From assembly GCA_964016885.1 (NCBI GenBank), contig OZ024748.1, forward strand, positions 19,964,001-20,028,000: a stretch of DNA of 64,000 bases, read 5' to 3'. Origin of the DNA: Eledone cirrhosa. Its lineage: Eukaryota. Below the pieces are notes generated by a model that searched no databases, was not told the DNA's origin, and saw only the letters and a list, made by a program, of their open reading frames with translations. Of the stretch, positions 1-12,989 are shown piece by piece. Position numbers and translations under genes: made by a program. Every line of letters begins with the position of its first letter. Position 1 is the first letter of the stretch.

Positions 1-92
1 TATATATATATATACATATACATTATGAAGAGAGAAGAAACATTTAGATATAATTAGTAATAAAATGTATCATACCTAAACTGTTCCTAAAT

Positions 93-180
93 TCCTCGAC
101 TACGTAGTTTCGTGGCATAAACAAAAACAATATATCAAAGATATAGAGTCCTTGCGAGGTCTGCCGACTTATCAAGAGGA
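93..180 (-). ncRNA. Hammerhead ribozyme relic (type I, mutated core)
   Basis: Minus: tcctc-TTGATAA-(long stem II)-GAAA-ctacgtag-TC-gagga. Stem I is perfect and stem III palindromic with a GUC site, but CUGAUGA has mutated to UUGAUAA. Confidence 0.6.
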
Positions 181-289
181 TACCTCATTTTACTAGTCTC
201 AAGAACGCGTCTACACGACGTGAGAAAGATGTATGTATATATATATATACATATATATGATATACAGATGTATGTATATATATATATAC

Positions 290-320
<31 letters not shown>

Positions 321-357
321 CTTTGATAGAACTATTTACTGAATTGTGTTGAATTTG

Positions 358-411
<54 letters not shown>

Positions 412-437
412 ATATATACATATATGCATATATATAT

Positions 438-777
438 CATCATCATCATCATCATCATTTTACGTCTGCTTTTCCATGCTTGCAAGTGTGGGACAGGAAC
501 TAATTCTGGCTTGATTTCTACAGCTGGATGCCCTTCGTAACACCAACCTCATTTACAGTGAGTGCTGGGTGCTTTTTTGCCATGGCACCTCCGCGACCAC
601 TTTACAGTGGAATGATATGGACCCCAGTCCTATCATCTCATTTCTACAGCTGAGTAAACTGGAGCAATGTGAAATAAAGTGTCTTGCTCAAGGAAACAAC
701 ACATCACCCGGTCTGAGAATTGAACTCACAACCTTTCGATTGCAAGCCCAATGCTCTAACCACTAAGCCATGTTTCA
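438..777 (-). mobile_element. tRNA-derived SINE family 1 (CORE-like middle, RTE-like 3' tail, (ATG)n end)
   Basis: Reverse complement of the element at 24190, 46086 and 56479. A-box tggcttagtggtt, B-box-like gagttcaattc, tail ...gacgtaaaatgatgatg. Confidence 0.85.
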
Positions 778-1609
778 TTGCTTCACCATCTTTGTTTGTT
801 TACACTCTCGCTGTTCCCTTTATTTACGTGTCCCAACGACTTTCTTTAGCCGTTGCTTGCACCAACTGGAGGTATATAGTCTTTAAAGCGAAGAAATACC
901 GATGATGGTTGGAAGATCACTGATGAAGGACCACTTTATTCATATGTAACCCATTTGCAACCACGCAGCACGTTTCTCATATTTACACCTATTTTTTCCC
1001 CCCGCTGTGACCCGTCTATTTCGTTCTTACTGCTTCCTCTTTCTCTGTATCTTTACCCTCTCTATCAGTCACTCTCTCTGTTAGCCTCTTCCTCACCCTT
1101 CACTCACTCACTCTCTGTTACTACCTCTCCTCCTCCTCCTTCCTGTTTGACCTGTGCGTAATTCTTTTCTTTCGCACGCTTGGCCATGCCGGTTCGCCTT
1201 TTTTCTCTCTCTCGTCTACGATTTCACAGAACTTATGTTCACCGAATTCACGGACTAGACCCCTTCTTCCTCCCGTTAGACCTGTGCGGAATTCCTTCCT
1301 TGCTCACATTTCAACCAGGTTTGATGGTCTTTATTCTCTCTCGTTCACGATTTCACCAAACTTATATTCATGGAAATTTGGGACTTGACTCGTTCTTCCT
1401 CACTTTTCGTTGCTTCACCATCTTTGTTTGTTTACACTCTCGCTGTTCCCTTTATTTACGTGTCCCAATGACTTTCTTTAGCCATTGCTCGCACCAACCG
1501 GAGGTATATGGTCTTTAAAGCGAAGAAATACCGATGATGGTTGGAAAATCACTGATGAAGGACCACTTTATTCATATGTAACCCATTTGTAACCACGCAG
1601 CACGTTTAT

Positions 1610-1612
<3 letters not shown>
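778..1612. repeat. ~200-bp direct repeats (778-975 and 1411-1612) bracketing a CT-rich segment; Penelope pseudo-LTR-like
   Basis: ttgcttcaccatctttgtttg...cacgcagcacgttt occurs twice with few mismatches; the second copy ends in (TA)n. Confidence 0.6.
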
Positions 1613-1681
<69 letters not shown>

Positions 1682-2598
1682 ATATATATGCATACATACA
1701 AGCATGCATGTGTACATACATACATAAACACATAAAATACATGCATACATAGATACATACACACATAACACATATAGATACATAGATACATACACACATA
1801 ACATACATAAATACATACATACAAATTTAGTATAAATTTACAATCAACATTTACAACATGCTAGAAATAGTAGCTAAATCTGCTCTAAACCACACCCAGC
1901 AGTTTTTAAAGGTTATACTAATTGATTGAGAGAGAAAGTGGACTTCATATGAACTAGATGTACATTGGATAATATATTCCTGCGTATATTCCTGTAAAGT
2001 GGACGTGTAGGCGCCACGAAAAAGCACCCAGCACTCACTGTAAATGAGGTTGGTGTTAGGAAGAGCATCCAGCTGTAGAAATCAAGCCAGATCAGTTCCT
2101 GTATGAGCAAGGCATGGTCAGCCGACCAGACACTGCACACAACAGGACAACCCGTCTAACCCATGCTAGCGTGGAAGAACGGACGTAAAACGGTGATGAT
2201 GATGATGATATTATGCCCAGATGAGACAAAAAAATCACAACGGTCACAACTGGACTATTTTTGACCATGGGTCTACTGAATGAGACCTGACCTGGGTCTA
2301 AACAATAATAACATCAACAAAAGCAACAATAGCATTTACATTACACTATACATTTACATTACACTATATTTACTATTGTATTTTCTTGGTAAAAAAACTT
2401 TATTTTACATAAGTATATCATATAATATTGAATGTATGAGATTTTAATATTATTTATTTTGAGAACAATACCTTAACATTAGTATGAGCAGCTGGTTATG
2501 TCCAGTTTGAACAGAAAGAGGTGAGAGAATTCAGGCCGGATATGGCCGGTTTAAATGCTGAAGGGTTAGAAAGATGTACAACAAAAACAAAAATTTAC

Positions 2599-2794
2599 CA
2601 TTTTCGGCACTTGTAAGTTTCAGAAAAATATCGAACACTTTTCAAAGAAGCAAGATCTAAGTGCATTACTTCCACTTTGGCAGTTGGTCTCTCATCTAGA
2701 ATCTTCTGACTAGCTTCATTAGCAGCCTGTAAGTTTCGACAGGCCAATATTACAAAGGCGCCATGTAATGCCAGAGAACGTGCTGTTTCAAAAC
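2599..2794 (-). CDS. WWOX: Internal coding exon of WW domain-containing oxidoreductase (SDR domain, just after the TGxxxGxG motif)
   Basis: Minus strand reads ...tatattaaacag|GT TTT GAA ACA...CGA AAA TG|gtaaat, translating as (G)[64 protein letters not shown]. This matches human WWOX as I recall it ([21 protein letters not shown]...[29 protein letters not shown]). Canonical AG/GT, 196 bp, no stops. Confidence 0.93.
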
Positions 2795-2964
2795 CTGTTT
2801 AATATACAAATATAAAAGGTATGATAAATAAATTTGTTTAATCAAACATTCATATGTAGTTTGTTTCATAAATTACACACGTCAATGTTATAATTTACTT
2901 CACACACAAGAGGTATCAGATACTGCCTGCTTACAAGAAAGAAGATACTGCTGATATCGACATA

Positions 2965-3157
2965 TAATTGTTTCTAGTTTTGGCACAAGGCCAGCAATTA
3001 TCCCAGTCCATTACTGGTCCTCTATTTTATTGACCCCGTAAGGATGAAAGGCAAAGTTAACCTCGGCAGGATTTGAACTCAGACCGTAATGGGGCGTAAC
3101 TCTATGCTACAAAGCATGGCGTCCGACCCTCTACTGATACTGCCAATCCACCGCCCT
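2965..3157 (-). mobile_element. tRNA-derived SINE family 2 (Meta-domain-like)
   Basis: Reverse complement of ggattggcagtatc...gagttcaaatcc...gcctttcatccttacggggtcaataaaat...gaaacaatt. Other copies at 12568, 37900-38940, 47185, 47396, 50115 and 59277. Confidence 0.8.
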
Positions 3158-3384
3158 TTCAACATATAATGCATGTAGGTGATGATTGTCGGGTGAAGAA
3201 GTTTCCAATGAATTTCAATAGAAGGATGTTGTGGAAGATGGAAGTACAAGACAGAGGAAATCTTGAGAGAGAATTCTGGCCAGACATGACCAGTTTAAAT
3301 GCTAAAGGGTTAAGAATGTTGTGCTAGAGCAGTTTGATGTGGTACAGGATGTTAAGAGATACTATGTCCTACATCTGACATTAA

Positions 3385-3892
3385 CCCTTTAACATTTACT
3401 ATTTATATATTTAGCATTTACTATTATATTTTCACGGATAAGGATTTATCTCACATAATTATCTCACATAATATCGAATCTATGAGATTTTGTTATTAAT
3501 TATTTTGAGAACAATACCTTAACGTCAGTATAAGAAGCCAGTTATGGCCAGTTTGCACAGAAAGGAGTAAGAGAATTCTGGCTGGATATGGCCAGTTCAA
3601 ATGATAAAGGATTAAGAATATTGTGCTAGAACAGTTTGATGTTAAGAGATACTATGTTTTACATGACATTAACCCTTTAGCATTTACATTATTCTATATT
3701 CACTATTATATTTTCATGGTTAAGGCTTTATCTCACATAATTATCTCACATAATATCAAACCTACGAGATTTCCATGTTATTTATTTTGAGAACAATATC
3801 TAAATGTAGGCATGAGCAGCCAGTTTCAGCCGGTTTGAACAGAAAGAGGTGGGAGATTCTGGCCGGATATGGCCAGTTTAAATGCTAAAGGG
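3385..3892. mobile_element. Two tandem ~220-bp piggyBac-like MITEs (3385-3611, 3673-3892); partial copies at ~2330-2568, 3270-3313, 27172-27350
   Basis: TTAA|CCCTTTAGCATT...AATGCTAAAGGG|TTAA: TTAA target duplication and CCCT termini. Confidence 0.75.
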
Positions 3893-4420
3893 TTAAGAAT
3901 GTCATGTTAGAGTAGTTCAATGTGGTACATGATGTTAAGAGATGATAATATGTTCTAGATCTGACATTAAACAGTCTCAGACATCAACTGCATCTATAAA
4001 CTCATCAATAATTTAATAATGGTTTATTTCTGTTTAATTTCCAGAAAGATCTGAAAGCAATTCTTGCACTCTGTTCAACAATTTCCAGAACAAACATTTA
4101 AGGGAAATAACTAAGTAGCCCCCCATTATCTCCACACACCCACCCTTCACCCACACCCCCACCATTCTCTGCTTCTCTGCCCACACCAACCCTTCACCCA
4201 CTCCCCCACCACTCTGCCCCCCACACACACACTACCACCCCAAACCCACCCTTCCCCCACTCCCCCACAGCGAGTGTGTATATGTGAGGCAAAAGTGTGT
4301 GTGTGTGAGAGAGAGTGAAAATTTGTGTGAGATGTAAGAGTGTGTGGGTATGTGTATGTGTGTCTATGTATGTGTATGTATGTGTGTGTATGTTTGTGTG
4401 TGTGTGAATGTATATATGTG

Positions 4421-4454
<34 letters not shown>

Positions 4455-4791
4455 CGTGCGTGTCTGTGTATGTGTATGTGTGCATGCGAGTGTATGTCAA
4501 GTCCCAAATAACTACTTCTATTGATTACAGTCAATAAATTATTTCCAACATAAAGTCATATTAAACAAACAACAGACAGAAACTCCTGCATAGATATGTC
4601 TGTGTCTATCTATACATGTCTGTTTACTCATGTATGTTTATGTGTGAGGGCATGTATATATACGGATGTATGTATGTGTATTTGTATGTACATCCCTAGA
4701 AATATGTGCATATACATCATTGTCACTGATTAAATATATATATATATATACGATATTAAACAAATGGAAACTACATTTATAAAACCATATT

Positions 4792-4857
4792 TATTTCATT
4801 ATATATATTTCAGGGATATCATATTAAAAATATGGTATGACCTCTTCAGACAAAATA
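4792..4857 (-). ncRNA. Minimal type I hammerhead ribozyme
   Basis: Minus: tattttgt-CTGAAGA-(stem II)-GAAA-tatata-TA-atgaaata. Palindromic stem III; stem I has G-U pairs. Confidence 0.6.
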
Positions 4858-5204
4858 CAATATATAAACAGTTTTATAAATAAATTTGACATACCTTAAG
4901 ATTTTACAACTTCCATTTAAAAAGTTGTTATGGTAGTGAAAATGTTAGGGACATTTAATATCGTAAAATACTCCAAAACTTGTTGAGTGCTTTTATATCA
5001 GTTATAAAATATTTACTCGTTGTAACCCAACAATTTTAAATAAAACTTTTGCATATATATATATATATATGCAGAGATTATATTTAATTTGTTGGGATTC
5101 AACAAGCTAAAACATTTTTATAACTGATATAAAGCACTCAATAAGTAAGTGGAGTAAATATTCAATATATTAATAAATGGAAATTATATTTATAAAACCA
5201 TAAC

Positions 5205-5270
5205 TATTTTATTATATATATTTCAAGGGCAACCAAGGCAAATTTTGGTGCGCTTTCATCAGATAAAATA
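5205..5270 (-). ncRNA. Minimal type I hammerhead ribozyme in the left arm of a fold-back (arms 5213-5298 / 5335-5420)
   Basis: Minus: tattttat-CTGATGA-aagcgcaccaa...ttggttgccctt-GAAA-tatata-TA-ataaaata, with an 8-bp perfect stem I. The mirror copy on plus lacks the 3' strand of stem I. Confidence 0.75.
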
Positions 5271-5432
5271 CAAATTTGTTTTATAAATATTGACATACAC
5301 GCGAACCTCAACCGTTAAGGTTGTCTTTATGCGGGTATGTCAATATTTATAAAACAAATTTGTATTTTATCTGATGAAAGCGCACCAAAATTTGCCTTGG
5401 TTGCCCTTGAAATATATATAGCAGGAAGAGGG

Positions 5433-5468
5433 TCTTAACGTTTCGGACGTTAGTCCTTCATCAGAAGA
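5433..5468 (-). ncRNA. Minimal type I hammerhead ribozyme (classic Penelope type)
   Basis: Minus: tctt-CTGATGA-a-ggac-taac-gtcc-GAAA-cg-TT-aaga. Confidence 0.75.
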
Positions 5469-5565
5469 AAAAAAGGGGAAATAAGATAGATTGATGGGAC
5501 GGGCGGGTTGGAATTGGAAACAATGTCTTTAGATCAAAATAAAAGGTCCATTCATGTTGACATCT

Positions 5566-5609
<44 letters not shown>

Positions 5610-5689
5610 CACATAGCCACACACACACAAATATATATATATATATATACATAATTACACACATAAACACACACACACATATATACATG

Positions 5690-5740
5690 CTTTCCTGATG
5701 ATTTCCTCCGAATGAAACAGTTCTAGTCCTGTGGAAGCCA
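5690..5740 (+). ncRNA. Hammerhead-like variant (same family as 16735-16783)
   Basis: gctttc-CTGATGA-tttctccgaat-GAAA-cagttctag-TC-ctgtggaagc. Stem I forms only with a bulge. Confidence 0.4.
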
Positions 5741-5915
5741 TTTCAATATCAAATATTTACACTCTGCTATGCATTGAGTACCTTACTTACTGTGGTTAAC
5801 CCCCGATGATTGAACCCAGGATACAAACACACACATGTATATATACACATACATATATATCTATATTCATATATATATATATATTTACACACACACACAC
5901 ACACATATATATATA

Positions 5916-6550
5916 TCATCATCATCATCGTTTAACGTCCGTGTTCCACGCTTGCATGGGTTTGGATGGGAGTTTTCCCACTTGAGGCAAGAGTGGTTGT
6001 CTTGCTCGCATAGGACTGTCTGGCGGGTTTTCTACAGTTGGATGCCCTTCCTAACACCAACCACATTTACAGTGTGGGTCTGGGAGGTTTTTACCGTGTT
6101 GCCTACACGGCCACATTACAGCGTGGACTGTGTGTTTTTTTGTCGTGACACCTACACGACCTCATTTGTTTCGGCCTGGATGTTGTGGTACCAACATAAC
6201 TTTACATTGAAAGGGGTGGTGTGGATGGGGTGGGGGTAGTGAGACGGGGGTGTATTTTGTTAGAGGTGCCTACTGACTGTAGTAGGTTTTACTTTGTATT
6301 TAGGTAAGGCGGGTCTTCTCTATTACTGAGTACCGCCAAAGATCTCGGTCCAGTGACATTGTCTTGGAGAGGTGTAAGTGTGTGAGGTCGGAATTTATCA
6401 AGTCGTCCCAGGTTTTTCTGGGTCTGCCTACTATTTTTATTGCCCTGCTCTTTTTTATACAGCTGTCGTCTTTCATGCGTATCACGTGACCATACCAACG
6501 TAGTCTTCTCTCGAGTAAACAACATCTGATCCCTCTTATTTCTAATTTTG

Positions 6551-6552
<2 letters not shown>
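5916..6552 (-). mobile_element. 5'-truncated RTE-clade LINE 3' end
   Basis: Encodes RRLRWYGHVIRMKDDSCIKK...GRPRKTWDD...DRDLWR, a typical RTE ORF C-terminus, then a 3' UTR ending ggacgttaaacgatgatg. Same family at 43498-43905(-), 46835-46983(+), 54846-55380(+) and 55500-55966(+). Confidence 0.85.
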
Positions 6553-6598
<46 letters not shown>

Positions 6599-6750
6599 AG
6601 AGATAGAGATAAATAGCACTGGTTGTATGATAAAATATACCGAGTACACTTAGTAAAGTGGGTGGCTTAAATAAGAGCATCTAGCCATAAAAACCATGGC
6701 ACATTAACAATGTTTCATGGATAACTGTGTCTGAGTGTGTGTGTGTGTAT

Positions 6751-6787
<37 letters not shown>

Positions 6788-6881
6788 GAAAGACGTAAAA
6801 TAAGAAAATTAACTTACTAAAATTAAGTGCGTGTCCATATGTGTGCATGAGTGTGTTTGTGTGTGTTCATATGTGTGTATG

Positions 6882-6925
<44 letters not shown>

Positions 6926-6938
6926 AATATATATATAT

Positions 6939-6986
<48 letters not shown>

Positions 6987-7329
6987 TAGCATGGAAAATG
7001 GACGTTAAACGGTGACGATTATGTATATATAATATATATAATATATATATATATAAAATATATTATATATATATATATAATATATAATATAATATATATA
7101 TATATAATATATAACATATATATATATATATAATATATAACATATATAACATATATATATATATTATATATAACATATATAATATATATATATATATATA
7201 TATTATATCATACACACACACAAACAAGAATTTCTTAGAGGTATGTAAGATGCGTCTGTGTAAGTCTGTGTGTTAATGTGTGCATGAGTGTGTGTGTGTA
7301 TACGTGCACATGTCTGTGTTTTTAGCATG

Positions 7330-8280
7330 TATTCATATGCATGCATGTGTGCATGTTAGAGTGTGTTCATATCTGTGCATGAGTGTGTGTGTTTTTGTGT
7401 GTGTACATGTTAGTGTGTGTTCATATCCGTGCATGAGTGTGTGTGTGTGTGTGTGTGTATCTATCTTTTTTGTGTATATGTTTAAGTGAGAGTCCATATG
7501 TGCACATGTGTGTGTGTGTGTGTTCATATGTGTGTATGAGTGTGTGCATTTATGTATGTGTACGTGTTAGTGTGTGTTCATATCTGTGCATGAGTGTGTG
7601 TGTTTTTGTGTGTGTACATGTTAGTGTGTGTTCATATCCGTGCATGAGTGTGTGTGTGTGTATCTATTTTTTTGTGTATATGTTTAAGTGAGTGTCCATA
7701 TGTGCGTGTGTGTGTGTTCATATGTGTGTATGAGTGTGTGCATTTATGTATGTGTACGTGTTAGTGTGTGTTCATATCTGTGCATGAGTGTGTGTGTTTT
7801 TGTGTGTGTACATGTTAGTGTGTGTTCATATCCGTGCATGAGTGTGTGTGTGTATCTATCTTTTTTGTGTATATGTTTAAGTGAGTGTCCATATGTGCAC
7901 ATGTGTGTGTGTGTGTGTTCATATGTGTGTATGAGTGTGTGCATTTATGTATGTGTACGTGTTAGTGTGTGTTCATATCTGTGCATGAGTGTGTGTGTTT
8001 TTGTGTGTGTACATGTTAGTGTGTGTTCATATCCGTGCATGAGTGTGTGTGTGTATCTATCTTTTTTGTGTATATGTTTAAGTGAGTGTCCATATGTGCA
8101 CATGTGTGTGTGTGTGTGTTCATATGTGTGTATGAGTGTGTGCATTTATGTATGTGTACGTGTTAGCGTGTGTTCATATCTGTGCATGCGTGTGTGTGTT
8201 TTTGTGCGTATATGATTAAGTGCGTGTCCATATGTGTGCATGAGTGTGTTTGTGTGTGTTCATATGTGTGTATGCAAGTG
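7330..8280. repeat. ~200-bp tandem repeat of TG-rich sequence (~4.5 units)
   Basis: Identical ORFs at 7744-7944 and 7945-8145 give a 201-bp period. Confidence 0.85.
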
Positions 8281-8520
8281 TGTGTGTTTGTTATAGGAGC
8301 TATCAAGGCACTGGGTGCATTCCATGTCACTGGACTATGAAGAGCTACCAGCCAGACTTTCACGTTTCTGTAAACAAATTGGCACCATTTTTAGTCGTTC
8401 AAAGAATGTTCACTGTTGGAACTTTTAATGGATAGTTTTGTTTGTTGGGTTTATTTGTTTGACTTTTGTAACTGGCTTACCCACTTCCTTCCCATTACCC
8501 ACCCCCATACACACACAAAC

Positions 8521-8555
<35 letters not shown>

Positions 8556-8919
8556 AATATATATATTTTATATACTCTAATATAAATTTGATTATGTGCA
8601 CTGGAGTGCATGAATACACACACACATATATACACATTCACAAATATATACACACACACATATATACACATTCACAAATATATACACACACACATATATA
8701 CACATTCACAAATATATACACACACACATATATATATATACATATATATGTGTACCCTTGTTAGCAGGGAAGACAGGCATTAAATGATTGTATATACTAG
8801 TAGTGAAGCAATAGATCTACTTGATCTAAGACTGTATATGTTGAAGTAGATTAATGGATATATTTGATCCAGGAACTACTTGTGTTGTAGTGGATCAATA
8901 GATATACAATTTCTGAAAT

Positions 8920-9170
8920 TGTGTGTTGATCCAGTATTGTGTTGATCTGGACTACTGTGTTGATCCAGACTTGTGTATCGATCCAGTATTGTGTGTTGAT
9001 ATAGACTTTTCTGTTGATGTGGGCTTTTGTGTTGATCCAGACTTGTGTGTTAATCTAGACTTGTGTATTGATTCAGTATTGTGTGTTGAGCCAGACTTCT
9101 GCATTGATCAGGCTTTTGTGTTGATCCAGAATTGTAATTTGATCCAGTATTTTGCGCATTGAACCAGAAT
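8920..9170. repeat. Degenerate 18-bp minisatellite (tgtgttgatccagactt-like)
   Basis: Recurrent tgtgttgatccag with an 18-nt period. Confidence 0.7.
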
Positions 9171-10589
9171 CAGGTGTGTAGTGGTGGAATTGTAGGTATA
9201 TGGGTGAGATGTAGAATTATATATGTATGTGACAACAGAACAATGGTTACCCAAGGTCCAGAACTGTGTGTTGCAATGGAACAATGAACAACTATAATTG
9301 GCGAGATCCAGCTGGAATCATATGCGATGATCCAGAATGATGTAGTACAATAGATATCGGGAGATGTGATCCAGAACTGTATGTGTATAGCAGTGGAACA
9401 ATTGTGTCTGTTGTGATGGAACAATGAATTATTGATAGGAATCATCCGGAATCATATGTATTGCAATTGAAAAACTTCATTTAAATAAGCTAATTAAAAT
9501 TTGTTTGTTTCTGAAATACAGAAATTTTTAGTGAAACAAAATTAAGAATTAAATTATCAACTTATTAATATTATCAAATAATCGTTTTATTTTTTTTACT
9601 AATTTTAAAACAGTGCATTTAATCAGCATACCACCTGCTACTTTGCTTTGTCAGGTAACACAACTGCAAATAATGCATTTTAGCTAAAGAATTTACTTTG
9701 GTGCACATGGTGCTCAACTCTGGTGAACATGCTGCATAAATCCTGATATGTCAAGACTGCAGTTTTAATACAACAGCTTCTTAACTCTTCTCATACAAAA
9801 TCTCCTGCTTCCTTGATATAAATTATTCATTTTAAAGTATTTGTATTTGTTATAACATCCTTCTATCATGATTTTATGTAAAGATCTTTGTTAAGTTACA
9901 AACACCAGCTTAATAATGAAAAACATATATTACTAAATGCCTGAAGTCTGTCTTGATTCTGAAGGCTGATCAGGCTGGTGCTTATCCTGGTTAAGCAACT
10001 GAGAGTACAAAACTCCCCCTGGACAGGATGCCAGACTATCACAGAGTTAAACCACCAGCTACTGCTAGTATTCATAAACAGTTCAGAAATAAAACCCATG
10101 ACATTATAATCATAAGTTCAACACATTTACCACAAAGCCATGCACCTCCATTATATATTACTAAGGCGCGATAAATTCTTTATTATTTTCAAAATTAATT
10201 TTAAAATATTGATGGTGTTTTTCATTCGAAATATGGTAATGAGACAGTTAATGGGTGAAACCCGGAATGTTAAAAGCTTATAAATTTTAATAGTTTGTTT
10301 TCGACAACAATTAGAGTTTGGAAGATGTTAGAACCTTAGGAATCTATTTTACAGCTGGATGCTCTAAAATTACTATATAAACACGGAGATTTCTCATTTC
10401 TAGATACATATATTCCGTTGACCATAGGTTCTGTTTAGTTTGGCCCAAGAATACGTCTGTGTTAGCTCACAGTTATGGTGTGACATCTAAAACTATTAGT
10501 GAAGACATAGCGCAACTATGAAGTTATGTTCCATTGGCAGTTACAGTAATAATTGTAGCATCCTTCTCCTACCCCTCCTCCTCCTCATT

Positions 10590-11257
10590 GTCATCATTCA
10601 ACGTCCATTTTTCACACTTGCATGGGTTAGATGGGTTGTCACGTTATGAGACAAGTCAGGTCCAGAGATCATGTCATGTTTATATGGATCTGTAGTTTGG
10701 CTTGGTTTCTACAAGCTAGAGGCTTTTCTTAATGCCAACCATATTTCAGTGTGCACTAGTTGCTTTTTATTGTGTCACAAATGCAACCACCTTACAGAGT
10801 GGACTGGGTGCTTTTTGTCACGTCACCAACACAACCACCTTACAGAGTGGACTGGGTGCTTTTTGTCATGTCACCAACACAACTACTATACAGAGAGGAC
10901 TGGGTGCTTTTTGTCATGTCACCAACACAACTACCTTACAATATGAACAGGGCGCATTTTGTCATGCCACCAGCACAACCACCTTACTGTGTCAACTGGG
11001 TGTTTTTTTGTCATGTTGGCAAGCCATATACCACACAACTACCTTACAGAGTGGACTGGGTGCTTTTTGTTGTCACCAACATGAAGACCTTACAGAGTGG
11101 ACTGGGTACTTTTTGTCATGTCACCAACACAACTACCATACAATGTGAACTGGGCTCATTTGATCATGCCACCAACATGACCACCTTACTGTGTGGACTG
11201 GGTGCTTTTTGTCATGTTGCCAACACAACTATCTTACAGGTTGGACTGGGTGCTTTT
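10590..11257 (-). mobile_element. RTE-like/SINE 3' tail with internal ~42-bp tandem amplification
   Basis: Starts with the aacgtccattt tail, then repeats of accttacagagtggactgggtgctttttgtcatgtcaccaacacaa. Confidence 0.65.
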
Positions 11258-11969
11258 ATATATATATCATGAAGTTATGTGGCTTAGTGGTTATGCTGTT
11301 TAACCCACGTTCATAAGTTTGTAAGTTCAATTACTGGCAGTGTGCTGTGTTGTTGAGCAAGGCAGTTTATATTACATGGAATTAGTTCACTTAGCTTGCA
11401 AAAATTAGTTTATATTTATCTAAAAATATTTCATGATTTCATGCAAGAAACTTTGTTAAATTATGTTCTAAACATCAGCTTAATAATGAGAAAATTAATT
11501 ACATTACTAATGTGCTACAAATTCTTGATTAATTTTCAAATTATTTGAAAACCGTAGGCAGTGTCTTTCATTAGAAATCTGGTAAAGAATGGGTTAAACA
11601 TCGCTGCCATTTTGAAAATTTGGAAACAAAGTTTCTCATAGGTTTAATGATATTGGTAAAGACAGCAACAGTGACATTAAAGTCTGCAAGTAATTCTATT
11701 GAGTGTATTATGTTAAAGAATTGTGCTATAATTATATGTTAGCCCTCTAGTGTTATATAAAACACAGAAGAAAGCATTGTTATACCTGTTGGAATTAGGG
11801 GTTTGATCTGATGGTTAGAGACCCTAATAAAATGGTAGTGAGAGGGATAGAGTGAATGAGGAGGAGGGAGACAAGGGAGGGTGAGAGAAAGGGGGCAAGG
11901 AATATAGAGAATCAGGTGGGAGGCAAGGGAGAGATAGAGAGGGAGAGTTATAAGGTGGAGAACAGAAAT

Positions 11970-12033
11970 GTGATGGTAAAGGTGGTGGTGGTGATGGTGG
12001 TGGTGGTGGTGGTGGTGATGGTGGTGGTGGTGG

Positions 12034-12073
<40 letters not shown>

Positions 12074-12490
12074 AGTGGTGATGGTGGTGGTGGTGATGAT
12101 GGTGGTGATTGTGGTGATGATGATGGTGGTGGTGGTTGTGTTGATGATGATGGTGATTGTGGTGGTTGTGTTGATGATGATGGTGATTGTGGTGTTGATG
12201 GTGATGGTGATGATAGTGGTGATGACAGTGGTGATGATGATAATAGAGATTATAACTGATGATGATGATGATGATGATAGTGGTGACTACGGCGATGGTG
12301 GTGATGGTAAGGGTAATGATAGCAGTGATGACAATGATGATGATGATGATGTTCATTGAGGTGGTGATGTTGAATATGACGATAGTGGTGGTGACAATGA
12401 TGATGATGATCATGATCAAAACGATGGAGATGATGATGATGAAGATGCTGATGATGATGATGACGATGGTGCTGATGATGCTGATGATAT
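11970..12490. repeat. (GGT)/(GAT) compound microsatellite
   Basis: Direct reading. Confidence 0.9.
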
Positions 12491-12567
12491 TTGATGAGGA
12501 AGAGATTACAAGGCAACATTGCCACAGAAACAACAATTATAATAATCATTATTATTATTATTATTAA

Positions 12568-12781
12568 AGGGCAGTGGGTTGGCAGTATCGGTAGAGGGTT
12601 GGACGCCATGCTTTCCAGCATAGTTACGTCCCTTTACAGTCTGAGTTCAAATCCCGCCGAGGTTGACTTTGCCTTTCATCCTTACGGGGTCAATAAAATA
12701 AAGTACCAGTAATGTACTGGGAAAATTGCTGGCCTTCTGCCTAATGTAGAAACAATTATTATTATTATTATTATTATTATT
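12568..12781 (+). mobile_element. SINE family 2 with (ATT)n on both sides
   Basis: Full head-to-tail copy ending gaaacaattattattatt. Confidence 0.8.
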
Positions 12782-12989
12782 ACACAACCTACCAAAAATA
12801 GTGCCACCTCCAGCATCATCTACTCCACCGCCACCTCCACCTCCGTCTTCTCCTGTTCCCTCCCCCCTCCCCCAAAGGATTGTGTAAATTGCTTCCTGCC
12901 ATATCATGAAAATGTTTCAAACAATTATTACAAACTAACTGACAAGCAATTATTTCAAATATTATATGATACAAGCTTCTTTCTCTTTT

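Noticed and set aside
569-766. Recurring ORF ...[37 protein letters not shown], seen five times
   Set aside because: Antisense translation of SINE family 1, not a gene family.
915-975. CTGATGAAGGACC (also at ~1551) as a hammerhead or SECIS
   Set aside because: No closing stem II or GAAA follows, and a permuted fold needs an implausible insertion. At most a decayed relic.
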